The notes beneath the pieces were generated by a model, which was not told the DNA's origin, did no database searches, and worked only from the letters and a program-made list of their open reading frames with translations. A DNA stretch of 64,000 bases. It comes from Ptychomitrium polyphyllum (Eukaryota). Position 1 is the first letter of the stretch. Each line of letters starts with the position of its first letter. Shown here piece after piece: positions 38,601 to 50,470 of the stretch. The DNA lies in contig OZ316776.1 of the NCBI GenBank assembly GCA_973851085.1, positions 14,508,001 through 14,572,000 on the forward strand. The letters are read 5' to 3'. A program made the position numbers and the translations under genes.

Positions 38601-39130
38601 TTGGACAAAAATGAAATGAAACTAATGTAATAACCTTCAATTGGTTCAAGAATAAAAATGCAAAGAAGATTTTGAGACAAATGATATGTTTGAAAGAATG
38701 GCAATTAAAATTAGAATGGAGCTCTTCATTCTTCATTCTATAGAAAGTGCAAATATTTTCTAAAATTAGGTTGTCGAAAACAACTTCAATAATAAGAACA
38801 CATGAAAGAAATGTGAATAATGGCTATAAATAATTAAATATTTTTTATAAAATTCAAAAAAGCAATATATATTAAACTTAGACAAATTTATTTAATTTAA
38901 GAATTTAAAATTAATTTATGAGAATTCTTTTATTCTTTAGTTTTTTGTGTATGTCTATTTTTCGAAATCACTTAATAATTGATATTTATACCAAAAAAAT
39001 AAAATGACTATAATATTTTTATATTTTTTATTAAAATTGGCATTTCTATTAGTAAAGATTTCCTATTTGAAAAAGACTATTTGTATTAACACTAATAAAA
39101 CTATTCACAATTAAACTTCTTCATGCATTA

Positions 39131-39199
39131 TTAATTATCATCATTTTTAGAATTGAATAACTTTTTAATTATCATCATTTTTAGAATTGAATGACTTTT
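39131..39199. repeat. 34-bp tandem duplication
   Basis: TTAATTATCATCATTTTTAGAATTGAATRACTTT x2. Confidence 0.9.
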
Positions 39200-39210
39200 A
39201 ATCACTAAGT

Positions 39211-40278
39211 TGTCATGGGCATAGATTATGCAACATAGCCTTTAGAACCTTTTCGAACCTTTGAATATATTGTAATAGCTTCATAGAATACTTTCAAATG
39301 TCTCCATAGCCATTTCTATGTTTTAAGAAAATTCCTAAGAAATTTCCACTATTTTGGAAAACTTCCTAGAAAGGTTCTATCATCTCATGAAACTTCCTAG
39401 AAAAGTTTCACCACCTTAAGAAATTTCCTAGGAAGGTTCCATTATCTTATAAACTTCTTGTCACGGACATAAATCATGCAACATAGTCCTTAGAACATTC
39501 TAGAACCTTTTAGTATACTATAATAACTTTTTAGAATACTTTTAGATGTCTCCATATCCTTTCCAAGTTCTTATAAAGCTTCCTAGCAAAGTTCCTCCAT
39601 CTTAGGAAACTTCCTAGGAAGATTCTATCATCTTATGTAACTTCTTAGGAAGGTTCCATAATCTTAGAAAACTTCCTAGGAAGTTCTACCTCTTTAGGAA
39701 ATTTCCTAAGGAGGTTCCGCTACCTTAGTAAACTTCCAAGGAAGGTTCCAATTCCTTGGAAGCCTCTTAGGAAGGTTCCAACTCCTTGGAAGCCTCTTAG
39801 GAAGGTTCCAATATCTTAGGAAACTTCCAAGGAAGGTTCCCTAGACTTCCAGAACATTCTTAAGCCTTATAGGAAGCTTCTTTAGAAGTATCCTAGGAGA
39901 TACAAACGTCATAGTATAAATAGGAGGCAAGACAAGGTATTCCTTAGTCTTGCCAACACAAGTTGTGGATCATCTTGAATCCTGCCTTGTTCTAATCTTT
40001 GTATCAAGTTTTTGTTAATCATTAGCTCTTTAGAAGCTAATTCTTGGGAAATACTTCGTTTCTGCTTCTTGTTTCTTGTGTCCCTAACACTTCCTAGGAA
40101 GGTTCTAACTCTTTAGGAAACTTCCTAGGAAGGTTCCACCACCTTAGAATTGGAGAACCTTCTTGTATCATGCCTTATTCTAATTCTTTATATTAAGTTC
40201 TTGCTAATCATTAGTTCTTTGGAAGCTAATTCTTGGGAAACACTTTGTTTTTATTTCTAATTTTTTGTGTTCCTCACA
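39211..40278 (+). mobile_element. outer solo LTR (gypsy-type, resembles the abundant moss RLG1-type LTR), interrupted by a second LTR
   Basis: TGTCA...CACA termini; 5-bp TSD TAAGT (39206-39210) / TAAGC (40279-40283); internal ~30-bp GAAACTTCCTAGGAAGGTTCC repeats. Confidence 0.85.
39459..40089 (+). mobile_element. inner solo LTR of the same family
   Basis: TGTCA...AACA termini; TSD CTTCT (39454-39458) / CTTCC (40090-40094); TATAAATA at ~39916; both ends homologous to the outer LTR. Confidence 0.88.
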
Positions 40279-41725
40279 TAAGCTATATTATGTTGATCAT
40301 TTTCAAGCCCATCTTTCTACATTGAAAAAAATCATTAATAATTATTGTTGTTGAAAATGGAATTGATTTCTTGTTTTTATATAAGAATTTAAAAAAACAA
40401 AATAAGTATATAGAATAAAAATAAATAATAAATAAATAATAAATAATAAATATGTTTGAATAATATTATTAAAAAAATAAATAAATAAAAGTGAGTGCAT
40501 TTATATTATAAAAAGACAATATAAATTGGTGATTGTAGAGAAAAAAATGCAAATACATATGGGACCTATGAATAATTTCATATACAATAGCATGCAAAAG
40601 AAAAAAAAAAATATGAAAATTAATATCACTTCACAAAATGACTTCCAAAAGAATTGAACAAGTTATTACAATCACAAACTCATTAAAATGATTAGTTTAT
40701 AATATTGCAATTTTGGTTGCTGAAGAGATGCATCACTTGGATCCAACTTGGCAGCACTTTACTAATCTCTTTAAAAATAAGAAATATAGGAATAAGTAAA
40801 GAGACTGATTAACAACATCCTTGTCCAATGGACAAAGTTTTAATAATTATCTCGTCCAATCCACATGGGATTTTAGAAGTAAAACAAAGGTCATATGAAA
40901 TAAAACCATTTATAAAAACAAAATTAAATTTTTTCCAACCCCACTATCAATTGGGCATTTCTAAATTGATAATGAATCAATTATTTTATAAAATTTCAAA
41001 GCCATGACAACCATCCTATAGGGGTCAATTTTCAATACAAATCTGTACTTATCTTTAAGAGAATCACTTTAAATTCTATTTCTAAGACTCAAAAACACAA
41101 AAATTGCATATAATGTTGTTTAATGTTGTTTGGTTTTTAATACTAAATAAATACATATAAATTAAATACTAGACATATTATTATTATTTTGAGCATCAAA
41201 CATAATTTTAGTCCCAACATGGTAAATAAATGGCTCAGGCCATGTCACCAGTAGATGATGTCAAACTTACAATGGCCATTGGAACATCATTTTAACGTGG
41301 CTCTCTACGATGAATGGTATCGGACATAACCTGGGAGGAGGGTATCGAACATAACGTGGGATGCGGGTATCGGACATTGAGTTTGGGATGTCTAGGTAGA
41401 GCGTTGACGCGACGCCAGGTTTCAAGAATATTTTATTTCATTGCCTTCGTCTTAGTCTTCGTCGTCTTCTTGGCCTTCTTCGTCGCCGCCGTTGCCTTCT
41501 CCGTCCACGACATTGCTGTCTTCGTCCATTTCAGTTGCGATGGTCGTCGGCGTCGCCTTCGTCGTGGACTCTTCGTGGGCTTCGTCTTCATCTCCGTCGT
41601 TGCCTTCGTTGTCTTCGTTGCGCTCTGTTTGGTTGGGAATGCGGTGTCTGGGGCGCCATAGCCAACGAGGCTTGCGAGGTTGACGTCGTTTTGGTGGCCC
41701 TGTCGCTGAAGAGAGAGAAGCGATC

Positions 41726-44401
41726 ATGGCGATCGGTCTGGCCTTGCAACTGGCTACTTCATCGACCACTGCCAAAGTCGCATGCACGCCTTCCGCTGCG
41801 GTTCCTCGCGCCGCGCTCTCGGCCACCTCTTTCGCGCCTCTTTCTGCCAGGAGGTCGCCGCACGCTGGGTCGTCGAGGATCAGTATCAAGAGGGCGACTA
41901 GAGATGGTGAGCTTTTCTGTGGATGCTCATTCGGTTGGTAGATTCAGCAGCATGACGATCGCGGGATTTTCTTTTAATTTTTTCTTAGGCACAGGACGAG
42001 CTCAGCATGTTCTTGAATATTGGTTCGATCGCCTTGGTATCACGAACTTCGATTCGTAATAAGAAAGTACTGCTTTCAGAAATGTTAAGTGGGGTTCCTT
42101 CTGTGTCGGTAGATTTCTGCTTCGCAGGCTTAGGGATGAGATGCGAGAAGCGCCAATATTATGTGCTGATCGAGCTGTCGTTGGAACTAGGACGGCTGGT
42201 GTAGATGGAATCGACAAAGACCTGTTGCATGAGTTCTTAGATTATCAGAGTGTGATATCCGAGCTCCGCCTGATTGTGTTGACATGTCCGAACCGGAACT
42301 TTCTTGTTATTCTGGACGCGTGAGGAGATTTCCGATCCTCTGTTTCATGGTCCCTTTGCTACAGTTTTTTCATGCGATGGTTGCTTCTCCGGAAGCACCG
42401 CAATGTAAAATTCTTGAAAAATGAGGCCGAGGGATCTACTTGTTTTGTGTCATTGCAAATGGTCCGATATGTTCAAGAACTGTGTCCAAGGGTTTAAGCC
42501 TGGTTTTATGGCCTTGTTGGATGTGTATCAGAATGGGCTATGGCTTGCCCGGCCGATGACGGCATTCGCAGCTGTGTAATTGAGAACGAGAGTGGTTCCT
42601 CGAATTATCAGTTAAGAATGATATATTGTACGATTGTGTGGTGATTGGCGGTGGTTTTGGCCATGGCATGCGAGCAATGTAGGCGAATACGGTTAGGACT
42701 GGCAAAAGAAAGTCTCGGCATTTTGGAATGTATTCTGTACTTGTGGAAGGGCCCTCGAAAGGTCGTACGAGCTAGTTGAGTGGCCACTTGGTTGTATTGA
42801 GATCATTGGTCGTACCAGCCAGTTTAATATTGGATTTAAATGAATTGAATGTGTATTTAGCATGCTGACGTTCATCCGAGTACATGATATAGTTTCATGT
42901 TGGGGGACGTCCTCGTGGATCTGATGATCTTCCTGCAGCTTTTGATTTTGGGGTTCAATTGTGAAGAGTCCAGTACAGATTTGGAGGACTGCATCGTCGA
43001 TGGTTTTTCTGTAGCGTTTAAATACTTGAATTGTTTGCTGGCGTCGTCCTCATATCTTTGGGGCATGTGTGAGTAATCCTGAAAATAGTATTCAGAGTTT
43101 TGTTGACGAGGTCATGAATCATGAGCCAGGGTACTTTTATGAGTAAGAGAGATCTTAAATTTGAGATATTTTGTAATTCTGGTAATTCGTGTCTAGGTGG
43201 TGAGCTAGAGGTGAATAATTTAAACTGATTGTTTTATGGTTTTGTTGAATCTAATGACATTGTCATGACTTTGCAGGATTAGCGAGAGTCCAGTTGTTGC
43301 CCATTAGAGCAGCTGCATCGGAGGAAGCTGGTGAGGAGTTCATAAAGCAAGCTGAGGAGGTGTTTAACGAGTTGAAAGCTAAGGTTAGTCGAGGTTGTGG
43401 GATGAGATACAGTAGAAGGATATTGTCATGCTTGTTGGTTGGAAACCCGATTACCTTTGATGAGCCGTATCCTGATGGCAGCCATTTTGGCACCTTCGTC
43501 GAATGTTATGCTTTTTCAGGGTAAGTAGGTTTATAGCACGAGGGACTTCCTTGTGTGGGATGGTTATGATAGATTATCCTTTCAGTTTTGTGAAATCGGG
43601 CTGTAGAAAAAACTTACGAAAAAACTTGTTCTCTTGTTCTTGCAGTGGGATGGTGTGGGTAATAAGACAAGCGTAGCAATATATGGTTCCGGGGCCCTAG
43701 TGGCCTTATGGTTCTCATCGACGGTTGTTAATACCATCAATAATGTACCCTTGGTATGTTCTTTAGTCTATTTGTGAATGATGTAGGACTTTGGTGCATA
43801 TATGCCCTGCTACCTTTTAAAAATTATGTACCCTACCCATGCTTGACTTGCCAACTTATTAGCTGATGTGCCCAGGATCTTGTTGCAATGCCCTGTTTCT
43901 GTACGATGCACTTTCCTTAAGTGGATTCTTGAAAATATTATCTTTGATCCAATCTCCTTTTGGTGCCTGCCTTTATGGTGGTTCTCACTCACTTTTACTC
44001 TGCTGTGCAGCTTCCTAATTTTTTGGAGCTGATTGGTCTTGGCTACTCTGCGTGGTTTGTGTACCGGTACTTGCTTTTCCAGGTATGCTCTTTAGGCTTT
44101 AACCATTACGATACATGAATCTATGTTGCACAATTTTCCTTAGCCATTTATGCTTAGGTGTATAATGTTTTCTACTATTAAAGTCCAAACTCTTGGTCAC
44201 GACATTTAGCAACTGATGGTATATGTTGGCACGTCCTTGTCTTGGGGTTTAAGCGGTGCGTGTGGTGTCTTGGAGGTTGTTTCGTTCAGAAACTAAGTTG
44301 GACTGTTCCACGATTCTCAGGATAACAGAAAAGAGCTGGCAGTAGAAATCAAGGAGTTGAAGCGTAAGATCACTGGAGCTGCAGATGATATCTCGAGTTA
44401 G
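41726..44401 (+). CDS. CURT1: CURVATURE THYLAKOID 1 (CAAD domain) family protein; exons 41726-41906, 43277-43383, 43646-43753, 44011-44082, 44321-44401 (182 aa)
   Basis: Ser/Ala/Arg-rich plastid transit peptide, then ELKAKWDGVGNKTSVAIYGSGALVALWFSSTVVNTINNVPLLPNFLELIGLGYSAWFVYRYLLFQDNRKELAVEIKELKRKITG. GT-AG introns in phase. Confidence 0.93.
42338..42595 (+). repeat. conserved intronic element, copy 1 (CURT1 intron 1)
   Basis: About 15 mismatches over ~258 bp to the reverse complement of 53974-54231; weaker homology spans ~42070-42630. Confidence 0.95.
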
Positions 44402-44796
44402 GCTTCAAACCAGTAAATGTTTCAGCCTTTCGTATAGCATATAGTACTCAGAAGAACTGATGGGCAGGTCTAGGTTCAGCATTATGGGATGACTATCGAC
44501 TTTCAGGTCATAAACTCTTGGTTCGTTTCGCTTGGTAGAATTGGAAGCCTAGGTTATTTGAAGTCCTGGTCTTATCAGTGAAATACTTGTCTTGGTTCCC
44601 TGCATACTCGCTTCATGAGTAACAGTTGCTTATTTTGAGAAGATCATTATGCAGCATATTTCCTTGAAAGGTTGCATATCAAAGTAGAGACTTGCAACAT
44701 CACATTACTTTTCCGTTCTGTGAGATATCGCATTTATGATTTCTATACTTGCAAGTTTTTTTATCCAAGTTTGTTCAGCCACAGTTTCGTAACTCT

Positions 44797-45081
44797 ATGT
44801 CAGGTGCAACAATAACTGGAGATGACACTGGGGATTTGGATGCCCGCGCTGCCGCTGGCGAGACGGTGGTGCCGGGAGGAACTGGAGGCAGGAGCCTGGA
44901 AGCCCAGCAGCACCTCGCTGGAGGACGAAGCAAGGGAGGGCACGCCCGAGCTGAGCAGCTGGGGCACGAGGGGTATGTAGAGATGGGCAAAAAGGGTGGC
45001 TCTGCCACCAAGGAGATGTCGGGTGGCGAGGCAGCGGAGGCTGCAGGGCGTGAGATCGATGAAGACAAGTTCACCTATTAG
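44797..45081 (+). CDS. Em-like late embryogenesis abundant protein (LEA_5, 94 aa)
   Basis: [28 protein letters not shown], the 20-mer [20 protein letters not shown] and C-terminal GREIDEDKF. Intronless. Confidence 0.93.
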   Translation: MSGATITGDDTGDLDARAAAGETVVPGGTGGRSLEAQQHLAGGRSKGGHARAEQLGHEGYVEMGKKGGSATKEMSGGEAAEAAGREIDEDKFTY

Positions 45082-47211
45082 TAGAGTGAAGTTACACATT
45101 GTTTGCGGACTAGATGTTCAATCTTGTGTAAAGCTGGTCTGGTGAGGTGATAGTACAAGTACTGTTGGATAGTTTGAGGTGGAAGATGACATCAAGACCC
45201 ATGGTGTACATGGTTTTATGATACTTATATATGACTCCGTTTTGAGCTTGGTCATTTATGTTAAGGCAGTCACTTTTGATACCAATAGAATCTGCATGCA
45301 CAGTAGGCTTTATTTGTCAATAATCCAATTGTCATCGATCTTGGATGACTGTTCAGTTGCACCAAATGAACTGCAAGTGTCTACATATTTGCTGACACGA
45401 AACTGCATTGGAATTATGATGCTTTTGTTCACGAATCCTTATCACATTATAAATATACAAGGGTTTATTCAAAGGTATACAAAAACATAATCCTTGAGTT
45501 TTTAATGGAATCATTTATCCTTCTCAAAATCAAGGAATTTCAAGAATTAGAGGCTAGGAATACAACAATGTCTTCTTGTTGTCATATTGATATTTTATTT
45601 GCCACATAGATTTCGTACATATACATACAGATATACACACATATATAAAATAATTATTATAATCAGAGAAAACAGAAACCTCTAAAGAAACCATGGAAAA
45701 GGTGGAAATAAATGGCATATATAGGTCCAAGTCATTAATATTGCAGCATGATTACACCCCACTTCTCAAAACCCCACGCATCAAGTGTGAGTTATTTTAT
45801 TTCGAAATTTTTCCACATCACTAGGGCCTGAATGGGGTGTTGCAAACTATCCAAGAATGTTGTGTACATTTCTTACATGTGAACTGTAACTGATTTGAAC
45901 ACCCTGAGCAAAAGTGCACCATATCTCACGTTTTTACCTTGTTGGTCCCAGTAAGTTCCTACACATTACGGGTACATCTGGTGGCTAGCTCTAAATCGTT
46001 GTAGAAACATTCCATCTCTTACATTTTACTCTCCGGCACGCCCCCTCGTCAGCGAACAAAGCACCTGAGAACGCCATTTCCAGTTCACCTAATCTCTGCC
46101 TTCTCATCCATCCACACTGAAACGCCCTCATCCCATCTCATTCATCCACCTGTGCGCACTACAGCGATCCTATGCAGCTCTTTCCCCCTGGGACCCCCTC
46201 ATCGAAGCTCATTCATCCACGCCTGCACCGAGACTGGAGTCTCGACCGTACTGGGACCCACCCATCCGGGACTCCTTCATCCATGACCGTCCCATGAGGC
46301 ACGTGTTCATTTCCTACGCAGCCACTGTAGGCAGGCTCTCATCCACCCCGATAAGGGATGGCCCGTCATCCATGACACCTCATCGAGATCCATCGAAGAA
46401 CATTCATCCAAGGGTCCAGAGGGAGAGACGACAAGGGCAGTCAAGGGCAGGCTTGCGCTTGACCAGAGAAACCGAGTATTGTAGGAAAACAGGATCCGCA
46501 AAAGCTTGAAACGAGCGCGTCCGCTTTGACTTCGCGGCCCCGTAAATGCCATAGTCCTCCACAGACAGTGCCGCACTTCCTCATTGCACTGCTTCACTGC
46601 TCCCATGAGAATACACCCGCTCGCGCGAGTACTCCACATACCGGAGCTCACTCTCCGATCAAGTTATCTCAGTGGAATTCAGTATCGGTATGCAGTCCCA
46701 CTGAATGATGAAGGTTGCCGGTTGTTTTGGTTGTGAGTCAATTTTGGAGGTTTCGTCATGTGGACGCGCTGTGGGATTGGAGATTCATTTTTTAGATGGC
46801 GATGAGCTCTGTGTTTCTGTACGAGAGTTTTGGATTGGAGAGTCCGGTTTTTAGGTGCAGGGGAATGGATTTTCTAGTGGAGGGAGCAGTTTAGATGCCG
46901 TTGTTTGGAAAGCTGAGTGTAATGTCTTGGAGGAGAGATAGGATTTTCGGTTTCAGCTCAGTGTTCTGATTTGCCTTTGCGGCTTTGATTGCAGGTTCTA
47001 TGTTTTTGCGAAAGAGTGCCAGGGCAAGTGTTTCCGCTAGTTTTACCAATTGCGCACTGCATCGTCACTACTCTGAGGAAGAAAACCGTCAGAATTGGTG
47101 CCATCGTCTGTTCGGAATTCGTAGTCTCACCGAACCTGTCGCGGGATTCTACCGGTTTTCGCTTTTCTCCGTTAGGATTGAAGTGATCACGCCGGCGTCC
47201 TTCCTTTCACA

Positions 47212-47880
47212 ATGGCAGGCAGCAGCAGCCCGAGCTGTGACATCAAGACCGCCTCTTTGAGCCCGAAAATGAAACCTACCGAGAAGAAGAAGCGCAAGAG
47301 GCCGTCCAAGAAAGTGCCGACCACAGTGCTGGAATCCTCCTGCACGAACTTCATGGACCTTGTGCAGAAGCTCACGGGCTCCGCCGCTGAACTCGCGTCC
47401 AACGCCAACGCCACGAACTCCAACTCCAACTCTAACTCCACCTCCACCACCGGCAATCCGTACGCCTCCGAGACCTCCTCCCCGTACTCCTCCCCCTCGT
47501 GCGACTACATCGACCCGCGCATCAAGACCAACACCTCCTCCGAGACATATTACCAGCAACTCCTCTGCAGCGCCACCATGGCCTTGTACGGCGATGGCGA
47601 CGACGAGTCGTCCTCCCACAGCGGGTCATACCCGAACCCTAATGCGCACCACCTACCTCAGGAGGTACCCACCACTCTCGCCCCGGATCACGTCCACCAG
47701 TCTCCCAACTTGGGATACTGCAGCACCGGCGTAGCAGACGACGACTTCTACAGTTCATATTCTTCCTCCTGCGCAAGAGCCATCGAAAACGAGATCTCGC
47801 CATTCTCTTCCTCCTGGCGAGAGCCCCTGACGAACCAAAGCGAGTATTGGTACCAGCAGTTGGACGCAATGCGAGCGTGA
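47212..47880 (+). CDS. VQ motif-containing protein (222 aa)
   Basis: KRKRPSKKVPTTVLESSCTNFMDLVQKLTG matches FxxxVQxLTG. Intronless CDS; probable 5'UTR intron ending at AG ~46994. Confidence 0.93.
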   Translation: MAGSSSPSCDIKTASLSPKMKPTEKKKRKRPSKKVPTTVLESSCTNFMDLVQKLTGSAAELASNANATNSNSNSNSTSTTGNPYASETSSPYSSPSCDYIDPRIKTNTSSETYYQQLLCSATMALYGDGDDESSSHSGSYPNPNAHHLPQEVPTTLAPDHVHQSPNLGYCSTGVADDDFYSSYSSSCARAIENEISPFSSSWREPLTNQSEYWYQQLDAMRA

Positions 47881-50470
47881 TTTTGCATCACATCTTCCAT
47901 GGCGCTGCCAATTTGCTCTCATGTGCAGCTTTTGTAAACTATCACTTGGTGCAATTAATGTACAGTTCAATTCAATCGTTCGACAGGGGAAAGCGTCGAG
48001 AGGCATCCATTCTTCGCCTGAGACCTAGATGCTGCTCGGTGTATATTGATATGAGGATGGTACTTACGGGGGTATCTGGAGGAGTGACAAGATTATGACG
48101 TTGTAAGGCTCTTCTTGTGCATAGACGTCACCTGAAAAATGGATTCTAAGGCCGCAAGGAATTTATGATTCCAACTGCGGTTTTTTCTTTTCACTTAGAG
48201 GTGAAGTTGGAAGATAGTGGTGAATGAGCAACTAAGGGTGTAGTATAAGACTGATGAGGCTTGTTTATATCAACGATGGAGGTGTTATTACTCTCAATAA
48301 CATGATGAGTTGTTTAAAGATTTTTATTGAAATTAGAAAAAATTCTTTGTTCACATACTGTACTGTGAAGGAGTGTCGTCGAGGTTTTCTGTGTGTTGCT
48401 GATAAGAGGCTTTTTCTGCTTCCTCTTCCTCATCAGTGGAATAATCATTCAAGGTTCAGGTGGTATAACAGTAGAACTTTACAGTTCTGTGTAGCTGTGT
48501 GTGGGTGCCGTAGGTGGCAGAATGTCCCATTGACAATTTGACAAAGTAAGTTCCTTGACTTTGATGTCACGGATGGCGCTGCTTCCGAGAATTCAAAAGA
48601 GGGAGCAACCAACAGGGTTTAGCTGGTTGGATAGTCAACTGGGATTCCTGCGTCCTGCAACTGGTCATGTGGAGGTACGGTAAGCACCCCCTATGGCTTC
48701 CTAGGTCAAGCTGACATGGAAGGCGGATATTTTTGCAATATACCGATTGCTCTTTGCCATGCCATTCTTTACTCTTTGCCATACCTCATTCACATGAGCG
48801 ATGCTAGTGGTGCCTCCCTGAATGTCCTTGTTACTTATTAGTCATTATGGAACTCATTCCTTGGGCCCCTGTGTGTTCCTCCAGAAGTCGTGTCTGTTTG
48901 AGATACTTGTATGGTTCACAGTTGCAGGTTGCATCTGACTAGGCAACATTTATTATTAGAACTGAAAGGTCCATGTACAACTATCTTAACCAGTTGGCTC
49001 CAATCAGATAGCTGTGGCATGCAGTATAATATTTGGCCAAGGCTGGATGGTGCACAGGTCCAACTTCAAAGAAAAGATCCAAAAATGAGACCTCATAGGC
49101 CCCGCCAGTTGCTATTTTGAAACAAATCGAACCAGACTCAATTGCAAAGAATGGATAATGTACAGCCTCAACAAAAATGAAAGCCGACGAAAGAAGGGCC
49201 CAGAGGTTCCTTATGGGATGGCCAAATGATTCACCACTATAGAAATTAATTGCGGAGGTATCCAACTCATCTCATCCATATTTCAAAAGATACTATACCA
49301 TTCCACCAACCGATACACGATAATGCCCTCAACAACCAAACTCTTAAATTAGAGGATGACGTTGTAAATGATATATGACGACACGCTGTACGCCGTCCGG
49401 ACTCCGCACTAACTCGTTAAAATCTGTCAAGTTCTGCACATGCCATTGAGTCTGATAGGATGTACCAAGAATATTGTAACCGGAATTTCGTAACGAGATC
49501 ACAAGTTAGAAGGGAGCCAAGTGTTGTGGACCTTCAGGTGGGAGGGGGAAACTCTTCATTTGCATGCTCGAATCGAAACAGTGAAACTTGAAGACCTTGC
49601 CCAAGTGTCGGTGTAGATTCTGTTCATTAACCCAGAATAATCTACAATAGTTGATACAGAATAGGGTCATGGAATCCGAAACTGGCCTTATCACTTCTAA
49701 AATTAGGATGCACGAAGCTGACTGGACCCAGCATTTTTATCGTAGCAGGATTAATCTGGACTTAACAGTCCAAATGCATGTTTGGAGTTTTCCCAACGGC
49801 TAAATCTTTCACGAAGTCATACTCTCAAGACTCCTGTTATCCTCAAAAGAAGAGCGTCTAAGCATCGTTTTCCCATCTTACCATCTTTTGGATTCATAAA
49901 TTTACCGTTAATGAATTCAAAAGATAAATTCGTAATTCTCCCACACGAACGTTGGAATAATCCAAAGTTTGCGAGGCTATTTTTGTCAACTAGATATGGA
50001 AATTAATAATCAGTACTTGATCACAAGAAAATGAGATTCGCGCCGTCTATAGAAAGAGGGCAGGAAAACAGATAGAAAAGCAATCTAACAGAAGTGCAAT
50101 GAGATAACCGCAATCTAAGCAACTACAGAATGCACATGACATGGAAGGAGCCTCAATGCTATTCAGAATGATATAAGTCTGTATTGGAACAAAATCGACC
50201 TTCGAATGGTTAGTCGTGATTCGCCAAAATCCCTCTAATTTACAAAAATCTCTGGTCTTGTGCTAAGTTATCGTATCTCCACATCCTGAAGTAATCCTCG
50301 GGGGAGGTCAATTAATTCACAAACGGTTGATTTGGGCATTCAGATTGTCAAGAAGTAGGCCATGGCCGATATTAATGTACACGTACGATTGAGATCTGCT
50401 CACTGGTTAAGCTAACGATAGGTTCCAATCTACAGAAAGAACTCCAGTAAAACCAGGCGCCGCAAGACCC

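Noticed and set aside
39330..40150. ~30-bp repeats with variable linkers, superficially CRISPR-like
   Set aside because: They are internal LTR repeats bounded by TG...CA and TSDs; the linkers are homologous, the context is eukaryotic and there are no cas genes.
41314..41889. Acidic minus-strand ORF (41452-41889) and hydrophobic plus-strand ORF (41314-41661)
   Set aside because: Both arise from low-complexity TTCGTC/GTC-rich sequence just upstream of the CURT1 ATG; better explained as 5'UTR or promoter pyrimidine patch.
42421..42579. 52-aa ORF conserved in both copies of the duplicated element
   Set aside because: Four of five differences between the copies are non-synonymous, so there is no sign of protein-level selection.
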